From Schmidtea polychroa (Eukaryota), in the NCBI GenBank assembly GCA_044892525.1, contig CM097885.1, positions 26,102,001-26,166,000 of the forward strand: a stretch of 64,000 bases of DNA, read 5' to 3'. Every line of letters begins with the position of its first letter. Position 1 is the stretch's first letter. A program made the position numbers and the translations under genes. Shown here piece after piece: positions 1-13,480 of the stretch. The notes under the pieces are model-generated. The model did not search any database and was not told where the DNA came from. It saw nothing but the letters and a program-made list of their open reading frames with translations.

Positions 1-1586
1 GGCACAATAATGCCTTGTTAGGCCCCTGATTAAACAAATCATATTTAAATAAATTTTATTTCAATAAAAGCCCCTTCTGAAGAGCATTGCGGGTCCTTTA
101 AACAGGACGAGCGTCAACTGAGATCCAAAACTGACTTTTCTTCATTTGATATAAATGTTCACGTTCTGAGCCCTGATCTATTTTAAGGATCAAGACTTTT
201 TTCGGATAAGTAAAATAAACTTTTGTATTTTGATCATTGTTATTTAATGCGTGTTTAAATTTGAATGGTTATTATTAATTTTTTCGGAATGCAGCAATAT
301 CGTTTTATTGGGGGGGGGGGTTGTTTTGAATTTCATGTTGGATAATGTTTTGAATGTTGTCGCTGCTAAAGCTTTTGATGTTTCAATTAACTTTATTCGT
401 ATTGATTTTGGAGGGTTGTAGGTTTGATAATCTTGGGCATTGGTAGTGTTTTCTTTAGTTTCTTTTATCTTTATCATTTATTACAAGTATATTTTTATAA
501 CTTTTTAACTCATGACAACAAAAATAAAACAAAAAAATTAAAATTAAACCATCGCAATGCATAAAAAAGGAGCCATCACGAGACACAATTCGTAAAAATA
601 TGTAATCTCTAATGCGAAACATTGTTTAATAATAGTAGGTAGTTAGTAGTTCCCTGCAGCAAATTGCGGCAACTCGTTTTTTTATTACGTAGTTGCGGCA
701 GGAAGCTACTCATATTTTTTTTAATACAAATAGAAGGGGCCTATAGAAAAAAGCCAGGATTTCTCTGACTATAGTCAGCAGCTCTCGATGGAACCTGAGA
801 ATTTCAATAAAAAAAGGGTTTACACTAATTTTTAATGGAAATTTTTATGAAATAGTTTTTTGTAAGTCAATTTTAATGAAAATTTTAATCGAATAATTTT
901 TTAAGACAATTTTAGCTACTACTTACTAATAATCAATATTTTAGTTTAAATTCTAAATTTTTCCCAAAGTCTCTTATTAGAAACTTTGAACTTTGAAGAA
1001 AGACAAAAAGTTCCACTTTTATCCTATCCACGCTTATATGTCTATGCTTGATTGTTCTTGAAACTGGGTGATCTCTGTCATCCAATTCATGCTGATCTGA
1101 CAGAGGGTGTCAATGCGGATATCCTGTTCGATCTGCCGGATTCGTGCAACTGAGTGGCCAATGTCGGAGATGACTTGAACTTTAGACACTTGTCACCCCT
1201 CCAAATGGTATCAATATTGGTGAAATAATTAATAGTAGTGAAATGAACATCGAAGAATCATCAACTTTTTAGTATTAAAATAAAAGGACCTTAACGTGTA
1301 GAGATGATAAGCGAAATTGGGTGGAGGCATATGGCCATTATAGGGGAGGTGATACCGATGTATTCATAGATCCAACAGAAGATGTCCCGATGGCAGACTC
1401 CTACAGGCCGGCAGAAGAAGATCCGTCTAATTTCCATGATCCAGCAGGTGTTCATTATTTTGAACATGATTATTTTAGATGATGATGGAGAATATTGATT
1501 TAAAAAAATGAGAACGAACCATCGATCCCCTTCAGGGCCACCAATTATGATTGTGCAAAAATTGCGAAATCAATTAAAACCAAAAA

Positions 1587-1590
<4 letters not shown>

Positions 1591-1629
<39 letters not shown>
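1591..1629. repeat. (TA)n microsatellite
   Basis: Pure TA run seen directly; a second run lies at ~1821-1883. Confidence 0.95.
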
Positions 1630-1633
<4 letters not shown>

Positions 1634-1722
1634 GTGTATATTTAATGTGTATATTTAATGTGTATATTTAAAGTATAATATTTAGAAATATGTTTAATAA
1701 ATGTATAGGCTTGAATGTGAGA

Positions 1723-1773
1723 AGTACCCATAGGGGGACAGAATATCTTGTCGGATAAACTCGGAGTATATAA
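1723..1773 (+). repeat. Isolated copy of a ~51-bp motif also found in the Polinton-like TIR arms
   Basis: agtacccatagggggacagaatatcttgtcggataaactcggagtatataata matches 21051-21101 with 4 mismatches. Confidence 0.8.
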
Positions 1774-1817
1774 TATTAATATTAATAATTGGTCGAGGGT
1801 CGAGGGTAGAGGATAGA

Positions 1818-1886
<69 letters not shown>

Positions 1887-3839
1887 CATCTGTTTATTTA
1901 TTTATTTGTGATCCTGGAATGCTCAAAGTTTACTACGGTTTTTTCCCAATTCATTATTTTTTACAATTTTTTAATAGCGCATTTTTGAAGACCATTTACC
2001 ATGGATATACAGCAATTATAATTTCCACACTTCCCGATTTTATTATACTGCGTGACATGCGTAAGTGACATACACAAGAATATTAATTTTTCTTGGTTAA
2101 AGTGATTGTATATATCAATTACTTTTTCAATGTGAAAATTTATTCAAACATACAAAGTTCGAAAAATCAATCTACAAGAAAATTTAATAAAATTCAGTAA
2201 GTATCTGCACAAATTCCATTACAAAGTTTATTTTTTTATCAGATCATTATCATTATCATATATCATATCAATCATCATAAAGAAAAGTTAAATTCTTCAA
2301 TTTTAAATTCAGTATTGAGTACTTAATCAACTCTTGAAGGTAAGAAAAACGAGAATATAATTTTTAAACATTAGATTAATATTTTTGTCATTTTTAGGTA
2401 CTATCTTATCTTTCTAACTGCTGAAGTTAAAATTTACCACATTTAGCGTAACTATAAATAATGATCTGCAGTAAGTTAAGCAAGTATTAATCTTTCGAAA
2501 TAATTATACGTCAAATTTTTCCCTCTCATTTCGTCATGGAGGCGGATGAAGACCCCAATGAAAAGAAGCGACAAAAGAATATTGAAAAAGGGTATTATTA
2601 TCATGCTGCTGAGAAACCTGAATCCGACAAAAAGGGAATGTGCGATGTAACAAGACGAATTGTGGAGCAGCTATCAAAAAACTTGATCAAGGCCAGAATA
2701 AAATAAAGTCTTGAAAACCATTTCTAAAATGGCTGATATTATAAGTTAACTTCATTTTCTCATAAATGGTTAGTCACCTATAATTGATGCATTATAGAAG
2801 TTTTTAGAAACCTTCAACCGGTACCAGTTTATCCGATTCACATCTACTGAAATTTCCAAATGCATGCTAATATATTCCAGTTTTCATTAAATAAAATTAT
2901 GGAATCCAATAGACTTCACGCACATTCAATTGATCAATTTATGTGAAATCTTTTTACGCTTCATAAAGGATGTGTTAAAAATTCAAAATTATTTTAGAAT
3001 AAAATTTCTAGTTTTCCAAGAACACAAAAAACACCACAAAAAATCGAAATTATTATTAAGTTTTCAAATAAATTTCAATTTAGATAGAATATTTTATTTT
3101 GAAAATGCAAAGTTTATTATTCGGGCTATATATTTAATTTTGGATAAATTTAACACACTTAAAATAGTTTTGCAAATAATCAAAAAAAATTTTACTCCTT
3201 TTCAGCGATGTTCCCAATAAAATCATGAATATATTCATAACTGGAAGTGATGGAAAAACTAAGTTTGGAATAATTTGGGACAATTTTATTAATTGTTATC
3301 GTAGATAAGCGACTGGTTTCAGTTTGCTCATCATAATACCTAGAGGATTTCTTTAACTCTTTAGAATTGATAAATTGTAAATTGCAAAATGATAATTCAT
3401 TTTTATTGAGGCCATATTTTTCCTAAAATACAACGTACTCATACCATCCCAAATGTAAAACATGTAGATTGATAAAGTTTTAAAGAAGTTTTTTAGGATT
3501 TTATATGCATTCGTATTTTCTTAGAAAAAAAGGTTTACTATGTTGGTGTTAATTACATAAAATTACCAACATATGAATCAAAGTAATTAAAATTCCTCTT
3601 CTTGAATGATTTACATTTCAAAATCTTCGCTGCTCCGATCATTTAAAGATAACATTTATTATTTGAAATTTGAAATGATATTAAATTAGAATAGGATATC
3701 CATATAAATTCTCAAATTAAACAAAGTTGTCTTATTTTCAATGTTATTTGCACATAGATATTTTTAATACATATTTCTTATTTGATCTTAGTTTAAATAA
3801 TTTTGTGAATAGTCGATTATTACAGAAGACTCAATAAAT

Positions 3840-4178
3840 CAGGGGTGCCCATAAGGTCGATCGCGATCTACCGGTAGATCGCGAAGGATTTTTTAGTAGA
3901 TCTTCATAAAAAAAATTTTTTTTATATAAATTTAGATTTTATATAAAATTTCTGTTTTATGCTTAAATTCTTTGCCAATTTTCATGTTCTGTGTTCCATT
4001 TCTATGGTAATACTAAATAACATTTTTTAATTTTGATTTCACCATTTCCAAAATGTTATTTAGTTTAATTTAATTTTGTTTATTTAGTTTAAATATTATG
4101 TAAGTATTAAAAAAGTAGATCGCATACACATTTTGGATGTGAATGTAGCTCTCCTAGAAAAATTAGTGGGCACCCCTG
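3840..4178. mobile_element. hAT-type MITE
   Basis: 12-bp TIR caggggtgccca / tgggcacccctg; 8-bp TSD CAATAAAT at 3832-3839 and 4179-4186; subterminal gtagatcgc repeats. Confidence 0.92.
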
Positions 4179-4242
4179 CAATAAATGGTCTTTTATGTAG
4201 TGGATTTTGTAAACCTGACTAAATATGTTAAAATGTTAGAGA

Positions 4243-5010
4243 TTGCGCATAATTTGGAAATTAGAAAAGCTGTGCAAAGATACGATGTATACCGTATATA
4301 TTCGCGTATATACACGAATGATGATATGTATATGTAAAAAAGCAAGTGACGGCAGAGTTTGGAAATACATGAATAAAAATTGTTTGAAATATAAAGCTAC
4401 TTGCTCCACTAGATTTGGAAGTTTCTTTTGTGACTCGCGTCTATCATTTGAGAACATTATTAGAACCTGTTTATAGATTTCCCAATGAAGAAAGAATACA
4501 AGGAGTATGCAGAGAATTATCGATCAGTAGAAGAAGTGTTGGGCAATTCTATGATATATTTCGTGCAAAATGTTCACTTTTTAATTAATTAAATCCAATA
4601 AAATTGTGAGTAGAAAATATAGTGTGTGAAATCGATGAAAGTCTTTTTGTCATAAGCCTAAATATCATAGGGGAAGTTTGGATTTTCGGTATAGTTTTAG
4701 ACCAGCAAGAGGTTTTATGACGATTGTACCAAACAGAACTGCAAATATACATATACGCAAAGTGTGTTTAACCGACATTATTATTTACAGTGACCAATGG
4801 AAAGCCTACATTTCAATTTATTCTTCCCTCATTTTTACGCATTATACAGTGAACCATTCAGTCAAATTTGTAAATCGAATGACGGGCGTGCATACACAGC
4901 ACGTAGAATAATATTGGAATAAAAATTAACCGCGGTGTAAAAACATGAAGCAAAAACAAACATAAATAATAATTTGAAGAATTTATGTGGCGATATAAAT
5001 TAGTTGGCGA
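4243..5010 (+). pseudogene. Merlin (IS1595/ISXO2-like) transposase remnant
   Basis: Frameshifted pieces: TRFGSFF; VEIDESLF (~4623-4650); KYHRG; IIYSDQWKAY; HYTVNHSVKFVNRMTGVHTQHVE. These match the D-D-E motifs of ISXO2-like transposases. Confidence 0.85.
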
Positions 5011-7132
5011 TCCATTTGAAAAAACTTTGAACTTAATAAAATTATAAACTTATTTTTTTTAATTTTTACAAATTTTTTTAAACAATTTGTTTTTATATTT
5101 TTTAGTTGCCTTCTTATTTATTTAGTTAATAAATTTAATTTATTTATTATTAAATTAATTTTACTTAATTTATTAATTTAGGGGGAATAAATATACATGA
5201 TCCATAATTTATTCCTAAAAAAAGTAGAGGGGCGGTACAAAACTCAAAGATTGGAATTAAAAGATAATTAAAGAAATGAGGGAAAACGGAAAGAAACAAT
5301 TAAACATGAATAATTATACTTTGATTTATGAAGCTTGCATGAAATAATATAATAATAATAAAAATAATAACTTACCACGAATAATAAATAAAAATATAAA
5401 AAACAAAGAAAATAAAATAAAAGCACCTTCACCTCTACTATGTTCAAAATATAATGATAAAACCATAGAGCAAAATAAGTTTTTCCATAAATATGCAAAA
5501 AAAATTTAGCTGAAATATATGAAATGCACTTTAAGTAAATTATTTTTTAAAATAAAATTTTATGATAGTAAAAATTATTTTCATAAATTATATTTTATTG
5601 TTTGTTTCGGCCATATAAACGTTAGTAGATATAAATGATTAATTTTAATCGTAATTTTTGTTTTCATAAGTCGCAATTTTAACACTTACATTTGACATCC
5701 AGAAAATAGAATTTCTTTTATTTGTCAAACCCCATTTTCTCAAACAATGAAAAATCTTCTTTCTGTGAAAAAATAAGAAGATGATTAGACAATTAATTTT
5801 TTATGATAAAACAACTTGGATGTTTTCGATACGATTATCCATAAAGTTAATAGAACAATAAAGCTGATAATTATTCCCAAAGTTATTTGAATGGTAAAAG
5901 AGGTCATGTATGATTTTGTCTTTGTAGAAGTTAACTTGATTCTATCTGTAAAAATCTAATTTAAAATAATTTTAATATCTTAAATAAAAGCTCATTAAAA
6001 TGACTGCGGTTCTACATTTTGCATATCGATTTTAGAAAGATACATTTTTTATGGTTAAATACCCATTACGTTTCAGGTAATTTGTAAGATAGTAATCCAC
6101 AAATGCTATATTGGAATTCATAATTGTCAGTGATGTCATTTTGCAAAAAAAAGAATAATATCTAATGATTAATAACAGGAATCCCGGAACAACAGATTTT
6201 ACTATTCGGTCGAATAACGAATCATCTTAATGAAATTCCCTTGAAGCGTGAAGTTTCGGCCAAATCGTAATTTACATTACGCCACATAAATTATATAGTT
6301 AGCAGTAGCAACACTTAGTACATTTATTTGAAGAGCTGCTGTAGACTTGCCGAAATATTTTATATTTCAAAGTAAAATTTGTCTTTATTCTTACAATAAT
6401 TGAAATGTTCAATAGTATCTTTGTTATATTTGCAGAATTTTTAATTTTTTAGACATGTTTCAAAATAATTTGATCGAATATTGAATCTAGCCGAATATTA
6501 CAGAAAAATGTACCGAATCGACTGAATATTCGAGGAATATCCAATTAATAAGATAATAATAATTAAATAAGATCATTTATTCTTTTTTGCACATTTGATC
6601 TCTTTTCAGTTACAAATTCATCTATCTATAATATTTTGTTAGAAAATAAATATAAAACATTGAATTAAAGTTGTTAACTGAAATAAGACGAAATTACAAA
6701 TCAGAAAAATTAGTGTTTCTTACCAAATAAATATTATAAGTAACTAATATCATTAAAAGTCGTATTGTCGGAGCTGACAAAAGGTTAGAAAACAGCACTC
6801 ATGGACAGGTTGAATTCCACAACAGACAATATTACATTTTAATGTAGAATCATTTAAAATAAAGACAATAAATTATAAGATCTATGTTAAGGTAAATGTA
6901 AATAAAAATTATTTCATTTAAATTAACAAAGATTCAAATATAGTTACATTATATGCAATAAACGAATTAGTAAAATCCTATATTATTTTGGTTACCTTTG
7001 ATCTATTAAAGTATTCTTAAAGCATTAATTTATTTTCATCATAAAAATATTATAATTTTTTATTTGATTACAATTTGATTTTTTACCTCACAAATTTATC
7101 AAATAAATCTTTATATTTAAACCTTATTATTA

Positions 7133-8100
7133 ATGTCTATTTTTAGAAATCTAATTTTAAAATTAATGGAGGAAAGTTCAGCAAATGTAATTGCGTTTTT
7201 TAGACAAAAAGGAATCTTAAAAGGTACAGTAACTTGTAATTATTGTTTAATGACAATGGTTGAGGTTATCTTTCCCAATAGAAATGCCATTACAAAGTTA
7301 TTCCTTAATCTGTCTTCGATATTTAAAATCTCGAAGAAACGTTCTATATCTGATACGAATTTGTGGATATGTTTCGGTTGTTCGACAAAATTTGGAAAAA
7401 CGTGGTCACCATGTTAGTATTTTCTTTTCCCGAACTTAGGGTGTTAATTGTATCAATCATTAAATTATAAATAAATTCACGTTTTTAAAAATATGTATTT
7501 TATTACACAATATTTAAACAAGGTTAGGAGAATCAAAACTATGCAATTTTTCTTGACAGGATCTTTTTAACATTCAACATACAATTTTTAATTACAGTAT
7601 TTTTTATTTATTTTTTAAATTAATCTCAATTATATTTTAATAAACCTATATATTTAATAAAACTTTATGAGACTTTTTATTGTAATTTTAAATTTGATTT
7701 TAACTATTCTAATAATTAAAAGTTTTACTTGATAATTATTTTAATTTTAATTAATTACAATTAATTTATATGAATCTTTAGAGTATTTTTAAACATCTCA
7801 TAGGCGAGATGTTCGGAACCAACAATAATTAAATTTTTTGATCTTTTATGATCAAGAATTGCATTATTGGTTCATTTTGAAAATGAAAAACTGTGTGATG
7901 AAGGGTTTTTATTACCAATAATTAACAAAATGTGTTTGCCTGTATCTATTGTATGGTCTGATGAATGGAAAGGATATCTAAATATCAAAAGAAATGAAAA
8001 TTTGGCCCATTTAACAGTAAACAATAAAACATATCTTATGAACTATGAAACTGGAACGCATACTCAAGCCATTGTATTTAGATGCAATTTAGATGTTTAG
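7133..8100 (+). pseudogene. Second, diverged Merlin transposase remnant
   Basis: N-terminal FFRQKGIL..VTCNYC zinc-ribbon piece and IVWSDEWKGY...HLTVNN...ETGTHTQAI piece, separated by AT-rich sequence. Confidence 0.75.
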
Positions 8101-9374
8101 ATGCAATATTCTTAAATATGATTTTAATGAAGTTTTAAAATTGTCTCGTTTAGATCTGTGGGGCAATTTCATTTTTAGGGGGGGGGGGGCTATGGGATAT
8201 TTTTTTGGTTTTAAGGGGCTATTTCAAAATTAGTTATTAATAGATATTTAATACAATAAATATAAATACAATATCGTAAAAATAAATGAAATATTAAAAG
8301 CCAGTTAAACTATAATTTTGAAATTCAAGATCAATTATGATCCGGATTTCAGAATAGAGGCCTTTAGTTTTAATTTGTTAGTTTTATTTCCGTTATTTTG
8401 GATAAAATATTATATCGAAAAAAATGACAGTAGACAATATGTTATTAATGCAATTATAAAAATTACTCCGTATGGTATGATTATTTGAAGTTTTGTGTAA
8501 TAGATCGGTTTGAAAATTAGTTGCTATTGAAGGAAAAATAGTAACATGATAATGGCATTTTCCTGCAACACAGTAACTCTTCAAAAGATATTTATTTCCT
8601 ACTAGAAATACGTAACTAATATTTCCAGTATTGTTAAATCAAATACTTTTCATTAGGTTTGAATCACTATCATTTCCAAACGATACCGATTTTAGAAATT
8701 GTCCACTGTAAACGTTAATTTCAGAAAAAATAAATTGAAAATTATTCATCGAATTTGATCGATGGTTTTCATCAAACTTTTCAACTAAATAAACTATGAA
8801 TAAATTACAGGCAGATGTAAAAATTCTCATTTAGAATTAATATGTTTTTAAAAGAATAAAAAATCTTTTCCGTGAAGTTAATAACTGTTTAAAATATCAA
8901 AGTTTAAAATCTTTCATGTGCATTTTTCATAAGTTGATTCGAATACGAAAGTTACCTTTAATCTGTCCAATTGTAAAATTGAATAACAACTAAAAACATG
9001 ATGAAAATTGTAAGTATTTAAACTAATTGGAATTCAGATAATACATTTCATCATGAGATACTTTAGCGAGAATGATCGTGATTAGGATTTCTTTCCCAGT
9101 CAGTCAAAATTCAAGAGGTAATTCGTTATTTTGAATATGCACAAAATTTAATAAGCAAATGTACATAAAAGTGTTATTTTCTATTCATATTTTACCAAAC
9201 AAAAAATTTATAAAATTCAATATAAAATTTATTATGATAAAAGACGAAGGCTAGATCTTTACGAAATTAAGATTAAGACGTTTAATATACAAAGAGAAAG
9301 TTAAATTAATGCAACTATTTAGAGGTATCATCAAGAAGCATTCAAATATATATTAAAATTCAATGTTATAAATA

Positions 9375-9447
9375 TAATTATAAGATAACGCCAATCAAAC
9401 ATTCTTTTCACGATATATTTCGACAGTTTTCCTGCCATCATCAGGTT
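9375..9447 (-). ncRNA. Minimal type I hammerhead ribozyme in a Penelope-like 3' end (left copy)
   Basis: Minus strand reads aac-CUGAUGA-u-ggcag-gaaaa-cuguc-GAAA-uaua-UC-gug. Core intact, stem II 5 bp, stem I weak. 70/72 identical to 14303-14374. Confidence 0.75.
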
Positions 9448-10826
9448 TATTATAAATCCTAATTCTATTTATTAAAAATCCTAAGGATTGTTGGGCTAAA
9501 CTTCGAGAGTGATGAAAATCTGGTTGAGAACGAATAAATAGGATAAAATAAATTTTCAATAAAATCACGAGAAATATAGGAATAACTAAATCAGATAACA
9601 ATATAAAAGAAACAAGGATAACTAATAAAACAATAGAATGCATAAGGCGACAGATAAGGTAAAATTACCCAACACACATGATAGGAAAAGGAAAAACATA
9701 AATTAATAAAACGTAAGAAATAAACGAGAAAGTTAAGAAAATAAAATAGAAATCCTCAAATTAATAGGCTAATTAAAACAAAAATTATATTATGATAAAA
9801 TAACAATAAAGTCACAAGAAAAACAGAAGGAAAAAATAATAGAAAATAGGAAAATAAATAAAATAATAATAGAAATAAGAAAAAGGCATTAAAATCTAAC
9901 ATAGTATAATAAAAAACACATAAATAATAATAAATAATAATATTACAAACAAGGCGCGTCCTGATTGGACGAAAAATAGTATATAAGGAATATGGAAAAT
10001 CTGTAGAGTACCACTTTTAATCGCTACTCTACAGGTAAAAATTTTATTGTTTTATACTACCACTTTTAATCGCTACTCTACAGAACTATATTCAAGCACC
10101 CTTACAGGACTAGATAGCAGCATATTAAGCATTATTTTAACGACAATTCGACGAAATCTACTACAGGAGTCTAACTGAACCAAAGGAAACTCGATTCAAG
10201 TTGACAATCCGAACTTTTACAATTTTCAACACTCTCGAAGGAACTATTTGGTAAGTTATGGTGATTGATTTGAATGTTTCTATGCTTTTGATATAAAAGG
10301 AATGACAAGATGAAATATTTTATTCTAATAAAATTTTTGATTTCGAAAGATGTTGCTCTCTCTCTATGGTGCTGGCGACGATGTCGCCTGGGAATCCAAT
10401 ATGATGCGGGAAATTCAAATGAATCTGTAGAAGCGACTACGAGAATGGCTATTAGAAGCGATATTGAGAATCTGGATAAAATCAGTATTGCAACAGATCG
10501 AAATGGGTAAACGCTTGCGAGTGTCATGGGACGGCATCATATTCGAGACTCAGACGGCGTGGTCGCCAGACAAGTAATTTTTCATATAATAAATAAGTTC
10601 ACAACGAATATATCCATTTATTTAATTATATCATTCAACTCTATAATAATTTTCATGAACATTTATGAGAAATGATTGAGGAGATAGAATCGTCCCTCCT
10701 GGCGGTCTAAGGGCGGTGGCAGCGATGATTGCCGCTCTTAGGTGGGTCAGGAGGGGTGAGGACATCCGAGGCATGACAGTTATTTTGCACGGAGGGGATT
10801 GTCCACCGAGTGATGATCGGTCGATT

Positions 10827-11450
10827 TCACACAGTATTTTCTTGGAATGATAAGAACCCGACGGGATACAGTAAATCCAACGGCTGAGAATCCCAGAAAG
10901 TCTGCACATTTCGAAATTTTGACGAAATGACTAAGTCTCTCTCCGAAAATTTCTTCTTTGCCGCAGTGAGGATTGGTAAATCGCAGGTATGAACGATGGC
11001 GAGCAGCATTTACCTGTAGAAATCCACGGGATTCAGCTGAGATTTTTGTCCGAATTTAGATTCGTTTAGGATGAACATCGCTAAGACGTTAGCGGATAAA
11101 CATCCCATCTCGACTTTACTCTGAGTGTAGTAGACGTGGAAATCCAGCTTATCAGGCCTTTATCGTCAATAACTGTCGAATCTAGACGAAACCTGAAAAT
11201 TTCTCGATAACCAATGTAAACATTCACTTTAGCTTTGACGAAAACTCGATGACGGCCAGTTGGTAAGATTTATCTGGCGATTTGACTCTCTTTTGAAAAG
11301 ATGGTGACAGATTGATAAGGAGGCCTTCTGAAAACCCTCAGCGAATAGATTAGAAAGCCACGACCACTTTATAAATCCATTCGTCGACGATTAGTTGTGG
11401 CAGATAGGGCCAATCGAGCGATAATGAGGAAGTTAAAGGCTAGCCGATCA
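10827..11450 (-). pseudogene. Orphan ORF-A of cassette copy 1
   Basis: FRFRLDSTVI...GCLSANVLAMFILNE...CDLPILTAAK...VQTFWDSQPL aligns by eye with LTFGVDSKLVI...GCLLPNYKMILIDE...YDFAIPTIDK...VYSILWGVFPL at 42.4-42.8 kb; internal stops. Confidence 0.55.
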
Positions 11451-12224
11451 TTATAGAGATAATTCCCAAAAATTAAAAATATCGACATTACAATTCCTAG
11501 TGTATAATTTTCTTTTGACTAAAACTCCATCGATAATATGGAGTGCGGATAAATCCGACGATACACACTTACGAGTCGGTCAGTGACAGAGTAGGATATG
11601 AGCTGTGACATAATTTATACACACACGCAGACTACATGTGCCTGATTGAGTAATGTCGTAGTAGAGAAGCAGAAGTAGAAATTCATAAAATCATTATGAC
11701 AAAACACACCCTATAATCGGTCTTCACATAACTAGAGTAAATCCCCATAGGCATACACAATAGCGTGGTAACCGTTGACATGGAGATAGAGTCAGGGATT
11801 TCCATGACTACCCTCATACTCCGATTTAAATTAAATTTTAGATAATTACATAATAAAATTAACGAGATATTAAAGTTCCTTAAAAACCTTTTCTTTATAA
11901 GAGAAAATGCGTTAAATAATACCCATCGTTTCCTAGGAAAATGACATTCTAAGCTTCTACCTTGTCGATCGAATTCATTGCATTTTAGCTACTATGAAAA
12001 ATAAGACGAATAATGTTAATATTAGGTATGAAATAAAATACGCGTCTCCCGAATTGGAAAACCATTGGGATAAAACCGTTAATGATAAAAATGATGTTGA
12101 ATGTTGGCCATTGCTATGGATATTGCTGAGTGGAATGATTGACGGTGTGACTGCATTCGTGTTTGAATTTGTAGACTTCGCGTAAATAAACTTATTGATT
12201 ATTACATGTCTTCTGAAATTCTAG

Positions 12225-12983
12225 ATGTCTTCAAAATCCAACCCGACCAAAGAACTTCGTCCGTGTTTTTCTTGCGCAGACAAGAGCGCGGATATTGCCC
12301 AACTGCATCTATATATTGGGGCTCTAAAGAAGCGCATTGACCTCTATGAGGGCACGTGGTTCTCCCCGCCACAAATGAAGGAGGAGCGAAAGAAAATCCT
12401 CCGTTTGGAGCATTGCAGGGATAGCCTGCTGGAGGAGAGCCGTTGTCAACGGCTGACAATTAAAGCGCAATCCGAAGCCCTCCACAAGGTCTACACGGAG
12501 GCAGAATTGGCCAACCGAGTTCGGGAATTTCCCGTCATAGACAGCACTAATGTTTTTCCACTGCACCACCAGACGTCGCAAGCATCTGCATCAAACTGTC
12601 AAGGGCACGGCTCTTATCTGCCGCCCATTCCAGCTCCGGTATTATCCGGTTATCAGCCCTTAGTAGGTGGTTCTTCCGACCCTATCTTAGCTCCAGTGTT
12701 GGTGGCACCCTCCGCCGCATCCATCGCGAATAACCAAATGCCTTCACGCAAAAAGAAACGGCCAACCAGGGCCGCTAAGAATCAGAAACGCCGAGATGCG
12801 ATGGCAGCACTGGAAGCTTCGTTATCAGTGGCCCAGTCCACCCTCAAAGAGATTTCGAGTTCCCATGTGATTCCGGCCAAAGAAATATTTCGAATCGTAC
12901 CGGCCGATGGCATTAAATACCTCGCAGACCGTCGCTTGCCAGTGGACATTGACGAAGTGTTCGCCGACGGAGAGGTCTTTTAG
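12225..12983 (+). CDS. Orphan ORF1, 252 aa: CxxC motif, predicted coiled-coil, Pro/Ser linker, basic NLS-like RKKKRPTR
   Basis: Open 252-codon GC-rich ORF. First ~115 aa are about 55-60% identical (manual count) to ORF 41265-41609(-). Confidence 0.8.
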   Translation: MSSKSNPTKELRPCFSCADKSADIAQLHLYIGALKKRIDLYEGTWFSPPQMKEERKKILRLEHCRDSLLEESRCQRLTIKAQSEALHKVYTEAELANRVREFPVIDSTNVFPLHHQTSQASASNCQGHGSYLPPIPAPVLSGYQPLVGGSSDPILAPVLVAPSAASIANNQMPSRKKKRPTRAAKNQKRRDAMAALEASLSVAQSTLKEISSSHVIPAKEIFRIVPADGIKYLADRRLPVDIDEVFADGEVF

Positions 12984-13050
12984 CGACTTAAGGTGACGAC
13001 AGTGTTGGTCCACCTTGTTGAATGTTTTTTCGCGACCACCTCTCTAGAAC

Positions 13051-13480
13051 ATGACAACTTCTCATTTTAATTTTTGTGATGGTGTATTAGATTTTGGTGA
13101 AACCTTTGTTGTTCGGTAAATACTGTGTGTCGTATCATTAATATAACTATTTGATATTTAATGAATTGTTTTACGAGGTCGATGAGTGAAATACCCGATT
13201 CGATTGATGAACTAAAAGCATGGCATTGTATGAAGGTCGTCCTCTTGGACCAGGGTCGACCCGAGAATGTATGGGATTGCGGGTAAGTCCTTCTAAGGCA
13301 CCTTAGAACCTGTACCGTGAGGGGGTTAACAGTAATCCTAAGGCAGGGGCTCACCTATTAACCAACTCCAACCCGTGTGGGCAGGACCAACGTGGAAAAA
13401 TCGCCACGGGCTCACATGAGGGAATATTAACGAAGTCATGTGATGTATGCTGGGATAAGTCTGAGTCCAATGCATGGGAT
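13051..13480 (+). pseudogene. Orphan ORF2 of cassette copy 1 (probably spliced)
   Basis: LLDQG, NSNPKAGAHLLTNSN, REY and WDKSESN pieces match HLDQR, RSSPNTGAHLLTGSD, GREY and WEESNQS in ORF 40391-40651(-). Putative gtaaat...acgag intron at ~13117-13178. Confidence 0.6.

Noticed and set aside
1-28. ttgttaggcccctg as a hAT right terminus
   Set aside because: Plausible but cut by the window edge; partner TIR and TSD cannot be checked.
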